From: Botryllus schlosseri
Lineage: Eukaryota
Assembly: GCA_051294905.1 (NCBI GenBank)
Contig: CM119376.1
Span: 26,846,001 to 26,910,000, forward strand
Length of the DNA stretch: 64,000 nt
Direction: 5' to 3'
A program made the translations under genes and the position numbers. Shown here piece by piece: positions 26,330-40,600 of the stretch; within the stretch, counting starts at the first letter, position 1; each line of letters starts with the position of its first letter. The notes beneath the pieces are model-generated. The model had not been told where the DNA came from, ran no database searches, and saw nothing but the letters and a program-made list of their open reading frames with translations.

Positions 26330-26550
26330 TACTTGGAAATCGTAACTTCTGATTGAGTATATATTTGCGACGTTGGTTTCACCTCTTCTTGAGTGTCAAC
26401 GATGACTACTTTGATCGTCTCTGAATATGATACGCCCAACTGGGCGTTATGACTGGTAAATACATTATACGGAGTACAAGGCAGCTCTACTATAAATAAG
26501 ATATAACGATTCAGGGTTCTTTAATATCATTTAACGGTATGCCTCTAGCT

Positions 26551-26938
26551 CAGTTGTTCACAACATGAGTGATATCACGCCCCCCTCCCCAGGGGGTGAT
26601 TTGATGGTATAGGGGAGCGAAAATAACGATGGAGGCGATAGTAGGGCGAAAACGGACGAATGGGGTGATAGGGGCGAAAATAACGAAGGGACGATAAGGG
26701 GCAATGGCGCGAGAAAACGGCTATATTGGAGTCAAGTCGACGAAATAACCTTTTTTTAGTCAACTCACGAAAATTTAGCTGTAAAAGTGTAATTTCGAGG
26801 TCGAAGTTGACGTTTTTTAGTCAACTCGCCGGTGATTACAGTTTGCATGCCCGTTTTTCGGTTCCCAATATTTGGGGGGCGACGACCAGTGTGGGGCTTG
26901 TAAAGGGGGCGATGAGTCAAAAAGGTTTGGAATCACTG
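26551..26938. mobile_element. hAT-type MITE (family of 15180-15573)
   Basis: Degenerate TIRs, perfect TSD CTCTAGCT, colinear with 15180-15573. Confidence 0.88.
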
Positions 26939-28626
26939 CTCTAGCTCTTTCTAGGGCCTATAGGCAGTGATACTGCAATGTTAACATACTTCTGATAGTA
27001 ATTATCCGTGGGAATCGATATACAATCAGTATATTTTTCTGGCACTTATATATTTCTCTATTAGACTTTTCTCGCAGGTATGGGAAATATGTTATTTTTG
27101 ACTCCTGCACAGACACACAAAAATACAGCGGTGTGTTGTTGCGGCGAGCTTTTAATTTATATACCAGAAAACAAAATATGATGAGCTATGATCATATCCC
27201 AACAAAGCACATATATACCTGGCGACCCACACGAATTCTAACGAAGCAGCGAAGCACAATTGTCATGATGCTAATGACATATTTTTTGCCTCGCGACATC
27301 GTAAAAGTGGGTTGGGGGTTTCGTTTTGAAATTTTGAAGTTTTGAAATCAAGACTCGAGACAGGTTCCGCAGACTTATTTTTGTATCCCGATTATGCAAA
27401 ATCCACTTTGAGAATAGATTCGAAATGTAATGAACCGACATCCGGTCATTGAGCACGCCACAAAAGTCATTTCCAACACAACGGATCGTAGAAGGTGTAT
27501 ATCAGTCGACCCCGCTTAATTCGTACGCTTTGGTTTCGCTCATTTTTGGGCGAATTAATTAAGCGGGAAATGGCTTTGTTCGAATTAAGCAGAAAATCAA
27601 GTGTTCGTATCTTGGCCGTGCGTGAAGACTGAAGATAGACAACGCATTAAAATAGTGCACTGCTGCGTAATAAATGAATTACAGCTGCGATATAGCCTAC
27701 TGCACTAAATTGACATTGATGACATAAACCGCACAAGAGTTATACCTTCAGGTTAGTTGTGTTGTACAGTATTTCTATACCAAACGATTAAAAAAATACT
27801 GTATACTGCATTACTGCGTGATATACACACATATAGGGTTTAATACGGCAGTAATTTTTTCAAATACTGCACTAAGCCATGTAGCAAGGGGAACGGATGC
27901 AACTGTACTGCAGTAACTGCGTCCAAGAAGATGACCTTATGTGAGCTCACTGTCCAGATTTCATTGTTGCTGCATGGATCGTCATTGTTTGGCCATTATC
28001 GCTCATTTCGTAATAATAAACAAAGTGCTGTATATTGTGTCACAGCCTAACGGCAGGAATTGCAAACCAGTGTCTGAAGAGAGTTTTACGTGCAATTCTT
28101 ACTACCGTTTTGTTCTCTGGCATTTGTGGTCGAATGAATCGGTTGCGCATGTTAATGCGAATTAAGCGGCTTTGACTGTCTATCATGCCAGGCGATAGCC
28201 GTGCGAGCGTCCAAGGCTGCAGCGTACTTTGTCGCATGGTTAATACCGTAATGGTGTATAGGTGAGACGACTATAATACACGACAGTGATACACAGTATA
28301 GACTACTATTTTTATCCCGAACAATTTAAGTCCGATTTGGGGATTACAGTTGCGTAAAATTAACATATGTTGGATTTGTTACAAAAGCCATCTGCATCCC
28401 CCATCTCACCAATAACGTCCGTACTCTAGAACAAGTATAGTATAGTGTGAAATATATGACTTACTCTATGGGATATAGTCTGTAGGGGATCAATAACACA
28501 TGCATTTTCTCTTACACGATCTCGTTGTACAATAAGAGAATTCGACCATTCAGAGCTAGTGAGCGGACGAGCGAAAGGCACACGGGGTATAATCTAGTGA
28601 ACAATTTTCCAAACTCCTTGGTGAGA

Positions 28627-31600
28627 TCAGTAGGAATATTTCCGTGATCGCTTTCTTTTTCGGTCCTTATCTTTCCTTTTACTACTCTTCTTACCACCTT
28701 TGGAGGACGCTGCTTTTCTACTGGTGCTGTAACCTTCATCAAAATCTCTGCCTTTTGCGTGGTACATCAGACGACCAGCTGTATTATAAGGTGGAGGCGG
28801 ACTTCTGCTACGTCTGCGTGACTTTCTAAGTCGTTTGTTAGAGGCAGATCTACGTCTACGGCGATCTCGACTCGAGTCGGACTCGGAATATGAATCGCTT
28901 TCCGAGCTTTCGAAATCACTGTCGTACGAAAAGCGCTTGGCGGGCGCCGACGGCTTGGAATCGTGATCGTCCACTCTCACCCAACCGTTCATGTTAGCCG
29001 GCAGATACGACAGACTTCTTGATCTGGAGAAGTTGGCTGCGCGGGGTGCTTCATCCGAGTACCGAGATCTTCTGGTAACCGAGCGACTTCTGCGTGGCCC
29101 ACGGGATTTCGAGCTTGCTATTCTCGATCTAAGAATACAAAAGAAATCCGTAATTAATCATATATATCCTTTATGGAGAAATGAGATAACCTATGTACTG
29201 CTCAGAGGTGGTCAGTAACGAAGTACTTCTACTTTTTCGAAGTACTCAAGTAGTTTTCCTCTACTTCTGGTACTTACTCAAGTAGATCATTTTTTCACTA
29301 CTTCTACTTCCAAGTCGTAATATTTTGTGAACTACTTACTTACTTTTCACTATTTTCAGTTTGTCAAGTAGAAGTAGTTTATTCCCCTAATAAGAAAGAT
29401 AGCCTAAGGAATTTCCGGGCTGTATTCACGTAGTACAGTGGTTCTCAACCTTTTTGGCTTCGCGGACCCCTGTTGACCGCCACGGACTCTCGCGGACCCC
29501 CTCAAGTTTTAGTTCAATTTTAGCTCTATTATGGTGCAACCTTCCTATCTGTCTTGTGCAAATATGAACTGTAGGCTTGTGATAAACAGCGAAATCCTGA
29601 CTTTTCTTGAAAATAACATCATAGAAATTGGTAGACTTTTATTATTTCAAAGCTAATTTTGCTGCTGTATTTCTTGAAGTAAGTGGTCGTGTCTTGGAAA
29701 TCCGCGTCTTCGATTTGATAGAAACGAGGAGTGCCGAAAACCATTTCCGCAAAGATAGATGGAGGCAAATGCAATATTAACGCATAACGCTTCCAACGAT
29801 ATTTTTGGTGTGATCGCAACATTTATGGCACCAAAATGAAGAAACATATATTTTATGAACATATCACGTCCGCATCTAGCGCAGGGACGGGCAACATACA
29901 GACCGCGGGCCGGACTCGGCCCGAGACGGTATTTTGATCGGCCCGGAGAGAGTTTCTACCGTCAAAGTAAAATCCTAATGTAAGTGTATAGACAAATTTT
30001 ATGCGCCAAAGAATGGATCCAAGTTTTCCAACCATGACAAATTTTCGACCATGAACAATTGAACATTAACAAGACAAGGCTGCATACCAATATAACTTGT
30101 GATATGAATTTCAGGGTTGAAGCGTAATGCTTTGACAGCAACGAAACACTCCTTGTTCATCAGCCTTGTAGATAGGGCATCCGGTTCAAGAGCAGGTATA
30201 TCATTGTCCGGTTTATGACGGGTTTCAGCCGAAAATATTCGGGTATACATTTCAATATGACTATAATATTCAATTGTATATTGCAGTTCCGTACCTTCAA
30301 GAAGCTGTTCAAATAGTGGTTATGTATATCACAGGATAAAATGGATTTTGTGGCGAGGTTTCAATCCCTGCATTGAGACAAATTAGGAATATAATTCGAA
30401 AATTTTCATTTCAAACGACTGTACACTAATTTGATGAGACTGACAACTTCAAATCGAGAAGGTTTCGCAAACATTACGAAGTCACCATGATTGACGTTAC
30501 TATCTCCATATTTTATTTTTTTCCACAAACCCCAACAAAACGTCTCTAAACAGCAATATGTTTGTATCAGCAGGTTAATGGAAAATTGGAAACGAAAATG
30601 AATTTCCACACTACGATAGCTCATGCCAGACGATTATTATGATGGTATGATTCATGAGGTTTTAGCAGTTGTGGTGCGAAACTGCCTCATGCTTTCTCAA
30701 ATTAAAAAATCAGAATATCGACCATACTAAAAATTTAGAGGTCTCGCGGACCCCCTGAAATAGCTTCGCGGACCCCCGGTTGAGAACCGCTGACGTAGTA
30801 CATACATTTAATTTTCATAAAAGTCATGTAATACCCAGAATATTCGTTATGCTTCGCGCACAGTAAATGTAGTGTGAGAAATAGGTTTAACGAAAGCATC
30901 GCTAGATATAACTTAGACACCGGGTTGCGTGTTCCGTTCACACTGCATCGTCGCCTATACCAAACATTTCATCACAGTAAGTATGCCCCTACCCCCCCCA
31001 CCCCATAACGCTTGAAACTATCGTTTCGTAATCTAGCAATTACCTATTAAACCTAGCAGCCATGACGTGTTCTAATCTGGAAAGTGGACTTTGACTTGTT
31101 TTTAACGTTAGACCTGTTTTAGCAGACCATCGTTGAAACTTTCTGGACAAAAGAAATGAAATATATATTCCGCTTTTTCGAAGTAGTATTTGTCTTTCTA
31201 ATCATAGTTTCAGTTCTTTTGTCTGGAAAACATACATGTTGAAGTATAAAAGCAAGTGTAGCCTTATATTTGTGTATGCCTTATATTTTCCGAAAATTAA
31301 GCTATACACTATATGGAATTTTTAGGATCTGACATATTTTTAATTAACGTATACTAATCGCGCAAAGTATGCGACACAACTTCTCGTATTGCTCCTCGAC
31401 TGAACTAGGGGCCTTATAATATGGGAGAGGGCGCTATGCCATGATATTCTCTGAAACGGGGTGTTCGAGTAAATAAGTAATTAGTATCGCATTCCATATC
31501 AATACTATCATTTACATCCAATGATGTGGACGACTGCTTATTCTGTCAAAAATTGACACCTCCTGGGATGCATCAATATGAGTCAAGCTCTCTACACCGT

Positions 31601-34600
31601 CCTCGCACCTTAATTTGCAGCTTTTGACAGTCCATGCGAACGAATTACGATCGTTTTCAAAACTACTTACTTACTTGAGTAGATTCAAAGTCGGTCAATT
31701 CTACTTCTATTTCAAGTAGTTTTAGGTTGCTATTCGTACGTGAGTAGATTTTTAGTCGCTACTTCTACTTCTACTTGAGTAGCTTTCTTGACTACTTTGA
31801 CCACCTCTGGCTCAGACTAGCACTGCCCGCAGACATAGATCAGATGCCCATACCTTTTATCGATCCAAGATGCGTGCTATATAGTTATGAGACTAATCAC
31901 CGCAGGCTGTGGTTCTAGTTGTTGTTTATTATACAAACATTATAGGTGCTTATCATCTGTTTTGTACCACGATAAAAATTACGCTCACAGAGATGCATCA
32001 GAGCTGGTGAAATATCATACAAAAATGAGATATCGATATGAGATTTCGGAACGACAAGCAAATGCAATCAACGCTGATAAATATCAATTGCAGGATGACA
32101 CAAATTCAGTTGTGTATGGCTTAAAATTTGCGTCGGTGATGGGGTCGCAAGGCAGAAATAAAAATTCAGTTCGGCACATTTCGCAACGGGAAAACTATGA
32201 TGAAACGCATATTTTTAGCATTGCATTTGCTGGATAAAAAATGTTCAGTGGTTTCGGGATACTAAAAAAGATTAAAAAGAGGAGATTCCAGGACACCGAT
32301 TCGAAATAAATGAAACATCATACAACATATACTTTAATGAAGGCGAAAGTGACTCCATTTGCAGGAAATGACATTAACCACGTCAGATTCAGGGAACTCG
32401 CGGAGATAATGCCTAGATATACGCAGCAATGGGAAAATCATCCGGAATGAGGTCTTTTAAATACACCCGTAAAATCACAAAGGCGAGGATGAAACACTGC
32501 GCAATGAGGGTAAAACATTAACGGATTGTATTACCTGGATGACGCAACACGCGCTGGCATAGATACAGCTGCCACAGAGCGTCTTGACCTGGGATCGTCG
32601 AACACCACTGGGTAATGCATATGCGACATCGTAGGGGGCAAAGCAGACCAAGACTGACGACGATTGTGTGATGCATTGCGCTAAAACAAGATTAGGAAAT
32701 TTAGCAACATCGTAGCGAGAGGAGCCTCACGTTAGTGGAGTTTAGTGATATAAGTCATCACTCCTCTGTTGCATAGTGCTTCCCAACCAGTGTGTGGCGA
32801 GGATTTTCTAAATGTTACAGTTTCCTATTCGATATGCCTAGCACCCTATCTTCTCGCGATTAAACGAGCAAATACACGTTTTCATCCTCTAAATTGAATT
32901 GTTTTGGGGTCCATAATCGCCGCAGGCCACGTTTCCGTACTCGCAATAGGTAATGAACCAGATTTTCGGGACATACATTCTGATTGGAGCACGAAATTGG
33001 ACAGTGTCTCATTATTGGGGTTGCATTTAAAACAAACGGTGTTTTAAAACACTTTGTTTAAAAAAACATAATTGTGGTTTTTCAAGTTGTAAAATTATGC
33101 CATAATTGCGTAAATATTTTCCGAAAAACATGTTGTATGAGCCTACGGACAATTGCCATCCGATAAAACCGACGCATATCGGTATGGGATGGTTGGAACC
33201 CGCAAAAATAGTCGGTTCAACAGTAATAGTACAGATATTTCGTCAAAGGAGCTGTATTTACCCTATATTTTCAATTGTTAATGTCAATTAACTATGGCGT
33301 CACAATTAAATATTCGTGACGTCATGGCTTAAAAAGACACCAAAAAAGAAACAATAAAAAACAAGTTTTAAACAAGGGCCTTGTTTTAAACATGCTTGTT
33401 GTAAAAGGATTTTTGCTTTAAATACAACCCTATACTTATTATGTATGCCTGAGAGTGGGAAATAATTCTTTCCGTCGAAGGCTTTGCGACCGTTAAACAA
33501 GAATGCAGCAGTCCAGTCCGATTTGGTGTTACAAGAAGCAAAGAATTGCCGCGACGCAAGCTATACTCAGAACCTCATTGTGTTCAACGCAAAATATACG
33601 CGCTTTCTCGTTTGTAATCATGCGTTACGTGTATTGGGTCTTGTCTGCATTATGCGTGGCGAGAAAGCGTGCAACACCAATAGATCACGGGTCCGAGTTC
33701 GACCGAGGTCGACTCAAGTGTTGGAGGTTTATCTATAGGCTCCTCCTCGTCACCTGAGCCGCGTAAATGGTGTATTAAATAGGTCTAGAAGTCTTTCGGC
33801 AGCTGCGGAATCAAGTCAAAGAATATCGGCTTGGTGTAACTGATAGGGATGGTGTGAACCAGAGGTTCACGTTCGCGTTCTGTGTGTGAACCTTGGGAAT
33901 TTAGAGGTTCGCGTTCACAACAGAACCTTGGTAGGTTCTGCACTGTGAACCTTTTTGATATATTACAATTTTCACTTCATTATGACATATTTGGTTCGAA
34001 TTTATTGCATTTCAACTGCAGGCCACTCTATGCATGGCGCTGGCAGCATAAGAAATCAACACAAAACGAGCATGCACCTTGACAATCTCGAAGACTTTAC
34101 TTGCGTTGTTACAAAAGTTTGCTCGAAATATCCATCTTTCCGATTGTGAATATTTAGTGACTCTCTGCTGTGAGGTTGCCCGCAATCACAAAACATCACG
34201 AGCAACATACACTGCATGTATTCAGCGAATGATGCTTATTCAACCAATCAATGAGATTCATATCGTTTTTTGATGTAACAAATCTAGCAGGCCTACGGGG
34301 TCAATGTTGACTTCATATGTTTAATGTATCATTAAAACCAAATCCGTGCGATTGAGGTGTTCGCTACAGCTGTATAACTTGTGGGGTAGCCTAATATCGG
34401 TAGCAAGTATAGAAACCTGTTTTACACTGTGTTCAATATCAATGTAGCAATACTCGGACGCCGAATACATTTTCCGGTCTGGCCGAGGCCGTTAAGGCGT
34501 AAGCTTATATTCCCTGACAAGTCCTCGTCGAAATTGTTGGCAAAGCGACGGATTTTATGGAATTATTATATCTTTTGATTGCCTCAGTTGATACATTTAG

Positions 34601-37600
34601 CGACGTCTAAAACGCCAATATGCTCTTTGGCATTGTGGCATTATGTGGTCCGAGTCGTCGCTAGATATCGTGTAGGCTACACTGCACAGTGCACATTAAT
34701 AGGCCTATAGGCTATCACTTCATTGAAAGATAGGGTTGGAATTAGCAATATGACGTCACGTGACGTCATGAGGTTCACGTTCGCGTTCACACAGAACCTT
34801 CAAAAAGGTTCGCGTTCACACTAACCTGAACCTTTTAGAGGTTCACACCATCCCTAGTAAATGACCACAGCAGTCGAAAAACACCATTGATACAACAAAA
34901 CAGCAACAGCGACGCACAGTGATTGAATTGCTTTTTCGTCAGTTGCGATATCTCATGGTGGTTCGCACAATGAGATTTGGATGAAAAGTGAGTCGCGATC
35001 TGAAAAAGGTTGGGAAGCACCGCGGGCAAAGCAACATACATTACCGCGTGGTAGAAAACGTAACTAAAACACGTACAGATTCAGACAAGCGCAGGGGGTA
35101 TAACTAAGAATTATATACCAACATAAATCTTGTAATAGATCACATGAACACGTATAGCTGTCATATACTTCAAACATTATTAAACTGAAAACTACGTAAC
35201 TCCACCATCCACCAACCTTCATAATATCTTCGCTTGCGTATTCTGCAGGTAATATCCCCGGAATAGGGACCATAGACATCCCAGGAACATTTCTGTTGGC
35301 ACTCTCGTCTCTCATAGCCTTTTTGGACTTTTTGCGTTTGGATTTGTCGCAGACACACCTAAATGTATCATAAGCGTAAACGATTACATAATGGTCCAAA
35401 TAAATATACGGCTGCCATGAGTAGTGCTCAATGCACAATTGCACATGCTAATTGCTAATCACTAAACATGTTCTTATGACAGGGTGTGCAATGTGCATTG
35501 TGCATGTGTATACGCAAACGTGGTATAGGCCTACTGTTGTAGAATGTCGACCGACTCTGCTCTAGGGTGTCTCAATTCGGCTGCTGATTTATGAATATGG
35601 AAGAGCGAGCACAGACTTTCCATACACACATTAGTAACAAGGTTGCCAATTCCTAATACTGAAAAGATGCAAGAATAGAATTTCATGCAAACATAACAAT
35701 ATACTATAGTTGCGAACGTCCAGAAAATACCAGGAACCTAAAATAGTCATGTCAAACACCTTTTATAAACGCCACAATCGTGAACTTTGTCATTCAAATA
35801 TGCCAGTTGGCAACCCTGAGTAACTAGGCTTGGGATTAGATCGATTATTTCATCTACTGTAATACTTACAATTTGATTACCACAATCAGGACTACAAGTA
35901 GAACAGCGCCTCCCGCTGCAATACCCGCGATGATAGTGTAGTCAAGAACAGGCTCACTGGTATCAGGGGCTTGCGTAATAACATCTGTAATGATAAGTAT
36001 GGGGATCAAACTTTTGAAACGCAACCAACAGCTTGAACGCAAACATAACTATAGTATACGAACGTTTTGGTGGAACCTCAAACATAGGCTTTAGTGAACT
36101 AGTGATACATGACTATCAATATAGATTAAGGGATTAGAAAACTCTATAGTCTAGAGCAGTGGTTCTCAACCTTTTTTTTCTTCACGGACCCCTTTTGGCC
36201 GTCCAGGGCCCCCGCGGACCCCCTTAAGTTTTTGGTCAAATTTTGCTCAATTACCATTCAACCGTCATACTACTTGTGCACAATTGACTCTATAGTAGAG
36301 TGATTACCAGCAACAAAATTACCTGTCTTAAAATTAATATCATACATTGTGTAGAAATTCCATCGAATTTCTTTACTCCAAAGCTAATTTTGCAGATGTA
36401 TTTATTTAAATAAGTCGTCGAGTATTGAAAATTAGCGCTTTCGATTTGATATGAACGAGTGCTGAAAATCCAATTCCATAAACATGGGTGGTGGCAAATG
36501 TAATATTAACTCATAACGCTTCCGACGACACCTTAAGGCACCAAAATTGAAAAACATATTTTTAATGAACGTCCAGCCAAACCATTTCTATCTAGCAGCT
36601 CATCTTGAAGTTATTATTGAATAGTGGTTATGTAGGCTATATTGTAGAAACAACAGATAAAAAATGTCAATTTCTAGCGACTATTACTCACTAATTTGCG
36701 GAGACTGACAACTTGTAAATATTTCGAAGTCACCCTGATTGGCCTTATCACTCTAACTTTATATTGCACAGTAGGATATTTAATCTCAGACGGCCATTTT
36801 TGTAATGTGAGTTGTGAAGTTTTAGCAGTTATGAAGCGAATCTGCCTCGTGATTTACCAAATTGAATAAATTACAAACTAGGCTATAAGTCATTTTGCAA
36901 ATTTGGCGGTCTTGCGAACCCCTTGAAATTGCTTCACGGATCCCCGGTTGAGAACCACTGGTCTAGACTCTAGAGAGTCTAGACAACTCAGTGAACTATA
37001 CTTACTCGATCGCCCGTAATCAACGGCCCGGATATTCGCGTTTGCACCATAAATCACTGGCCGGTTAGGTTGTCTCGCCACAGGCGCTCGAAATCCAATC
37101 CGATTTGCCGATGGCACTCTCGACGGCTTTGCTTGCTTTTGCTGTGTGGGTGCAACTACTTTGGGCGATGTTTCCGATGTCGATTCGCTAAAAAACGCGC
37201 GGAAATCATAGTTATAGTTACTTTTTATCTAATTGACCATACTGTGTACACAACTCAATTGTGTCCACTTATCTCATGAAAGTAACTTACGGAGCTTCCG
37301 CTTCATCTTGCTTGCGCACTGCAGGTCCTCCGAAAACCTTTGGCGGTGCAGCTGGTTTTCCAGGCTTCGGCTTCGGTGACTTCGGTTTTGATTTTGGTTT
37401 GCCCCTGCGTTTTTCCTTCACGGTCGGTTTGGAAGAGAACGCCCAGGATCCTGATAGTAAAGAGATCAAACTGGGAGAGTTGCAAAATCGGCATAAAGAA
37501 CGTTGGCAACCTTTTAGGTAATTTCTCCTAGTGGTTGGTATTGATCTGAAATCACACACACTGAGGAAGCATTCATAGTCGGTTCGCATAGTTGCGCAGA

Positions 37601-40600
37601 TAACGAGCGATATGTGGTATATCCTGAGGTGGATAGTAACCAAGTGCTTGCTGCTTTTTTTCGAAGTATTCAAGTAGGCTTTGCTTAGAGTTGCCCTCAC
37701 GTATGTAAATTAGGTGTTTTCACACATAATGTTAGAATCGTACTATTTATCTTCATTTCTGGTTGGAACTGTCTGTCCCTACGAAGTAGTTTGACCTGTA
37801 AAAACTTTTCTGACTTTAAAAACTTACAAATTTTCAATTTCATTTTAACGAAATCTGGACCTATGAAGAATTCCAGTATTTACATCACGGTCACGCATTA
37901 TGGTAGAAATAATTAAATTTGTTGTAGTACAACGAAAGGCACTTTTCTACATCGTCGGATAGAATTAAGTATGTTTGTCCTCACTAAGTAGCTTGCCAAG
38001 AATGGAGAAAGAAGGTTCAGCAGCAGAAATTGTTGGCTGGCAGGTGACACACCGTGTTGCTTTACATTGGCAATGTTGTCTTATCACAATTTTTCATCTT
38101 GCAATTCTTGGGATTCTTCTATAAGAACCAATGCCCACGCAATCTTGCTTCAGTTAAGATATTGGGGTACGTTGAGCATAACACCATCTCAATCTATTTG
38201 TTTCATTTGACCGTTTATGATTCAGAATCAGCAGACAATGGGCCGTCTACAACAGTAGGCCTATAAAGTAAGTTACAAGCAGTAAAATGGCAAATGATAA
38301 GTTCACCAACAGTGCAAACATCTACGATACAAATGGAATGCGGGTTGCAAAAAAACTTTGACTTTGTAAACTGTTTTGACAATTTTTGACTTAACGCTAC
38401 AATTTTGACAAAATTTGACAAAATGTCATAAGTAATTTTGGTTTGTCGCGAAGATGCATCTTGCAAGGCCGAAAGTAACCACGATCGATCAACTTTAAAA
38501 ACTACGCGAACCCTGCACCAAATGTACTTTTAAAGACGACTTACTAAAGTACCTCTGAGATTTCTACTTGAGCTTGCATACGTTTCGGAAATCGCCACTT
38601 CCACTTAATCAGCAACGCCATTTAGTGGTCACTACTGGGTATATTTTCCTGAATCAATGAGTGGGCCTACCACATTGCAAGGCTCCAGGTCATATGGGAA
38701 AACGGCCTTCATATCTGCATATTCAATTGCGTGGAATGCGAGTATTTGATCAGCAAATAACGATATAGCTGTGTAGTGTATGGTTACCAGTGGCGGTAAC
38801 GATGAAATCGAATATCTAGGTTCTCATGTAGGCCTAGTTCAAGGCAATGCATCATTCGGAGCAATTCGAGAAGAGGTTTGCGATGAGAGAAATGGACACG
38901 ATTCGATCAACAACTCAATTCGGCAGCAAAACCATGTTATGTCTATAAGTATCTATTGCCTGAACGTCGACGGAACACTCTGAGTGCATAGAACTGCAGT
39001 TACGTTCTAAAATACGTACGTTTGAAGCCTCCAATTTCCCTGGTCGCCTTGTAACGGAGGTCGAAACCTTTCGTTTTGGCACCAGAAGTGTCACCTTGGA
39101 GATCGAATCTGACTTTGTAACCTGCGAAAGATTCCGACTCTAATCATCGAATTAAGTGTATATTTGATGTGTTATAGGAGGCGAGTAGTCAGCCGGTTGG
39201 CATCAACCAGTAAAGTCTTCTCTGCTAGCTTGTCATAATAGGCATTTTATAAAAGTATTGTTGAGCTCACCAAATGAAACGTAGTCTCCGGGTCTTTTAT
39301 CTCCGCAAAATTTACCCTAAATGGAATAGATAGCATCGAGGTAAATGTGATATTAAGGTGTAGGAGGACTATGAAAATATCACTGCGCGACTAGGGTTGC
39401 ATTTAAAACAAACGGTGTTTTAAAACACTTTGTCTAAAACATGTTTTAAACAGTGTTTTAAACAAATGCCTTTGAAAATCGAAATTGTTTTTTTTTTAAC
39501 GTTGTCTAATCATGCCATAACTGTGTAAATACTTCCGGCCTACGGACGATTTTCACCCAATATAGTCGACGTATGCGATGTAGGGGGCAGGAATCGTCGA
39601 AATCATCGTCGGTTCAACAGCTATAGCATGTAGATATAGATCATTGGTGCGGATTGAGTGTTCTTATGATGAAGAACGCTAACGGTAAAAACGCTGCATA
39701 ACGATGTAGTCCTGATTAAAGATATTTTTGGTCTGTTTATGACAGCGGTCGCAAGTCTCTTTCGTCGAAAGAGCCATATTTACCCTACATATTTTCAATT
39801 GTCAATGCTAATCCACTGTGACGTCAAAATTAAATATCCGTGACGTCATGGCTGAAAAAAACACTTGTTTTAAACATGTTGGTTTTAAATTAATGTTTGT
39901 TTTAATTGCAACCACGCGACGATAAACCGCCCTCGAAGTGTTAAGACGTGTACTCACCATAGAATGTCCCACTTTGTAATCGAGTACCTCGACGAATTGG
40001 GTGTAGCAGTTACCTCTTGATCCAGTCATATTTAATGTGTGAAAGGCAAGCTTTACTTTGTACCCGGGATTTGATTGGATTCTGTAAGAAAAATTGGGAA
40101 TGGACATTTCTGTAAACTGTTATTTGCCACTTCAGGCATCAAAGAGACATGGAATGAACTACTCCACTACAGCTTTCTCTATCTACATGTCAAGGAAAAC
40201 ATTCATAATATCTTACACCCAGCTGCACTGTATTTGCGTATTTATCCCGTTTGGAAATCCAGGGCTCTTGAGGCTTCCCCATTTTCCTGGAAACGCATGT
40301 ATGCTGTGCATGCAATGTTTCCCTGCAAGAAAAAGCACGGGATATTATGGCATTAGAATTATTTATCGCACTCCTATAGTCAGTGCGCATAACAAGAAAA
40401 CGTAAATACGATACACTTACATGCAGGGTCTTTAATGGCCGCTATCGTGAATGACACGAGAGCTGTTAGAATAACAAAACCTTCGCCAAATATAGATATT
40501 TTCATTGTTGTCAAATCACAAATTTTGTTAGGCCTAATTCACACAACCTGAAATATAAATATTTCAGAGAATATTTTATGTGCATGGTGGTCAATTTCAA

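Noticed and set aside
28040-28237. 65-aa minus-strand ORF downstream of paralog B
   Set aside because: Lies beyond the in-frame stop at 28627, with no splice path or homology; probably 3' UTR or intergenic.
20846-31809. CRISPR-like or telomere-like CTACTT arrays
   Set aside because: They are irregular subterminal repeats of TIR elements with TSDs, not fixed repeat-spacer arrays.
33680-33760. Candidate tail exon of paralog B (INLQHLSRPRSNSDP or DEEEPIDKPP frames)
   Set aside because: Poor splice sites and in-frame stops; exon 32680-32535 joins the flanking exons with correct phases and good sites.
39317-39957. Idea that the MITE created paralog B's extra CUB intron
   Set aside because: The MITE (39392-39913) ends 44 and 75 nt inside the splice sites, so it more likely inserted into an existing intron.
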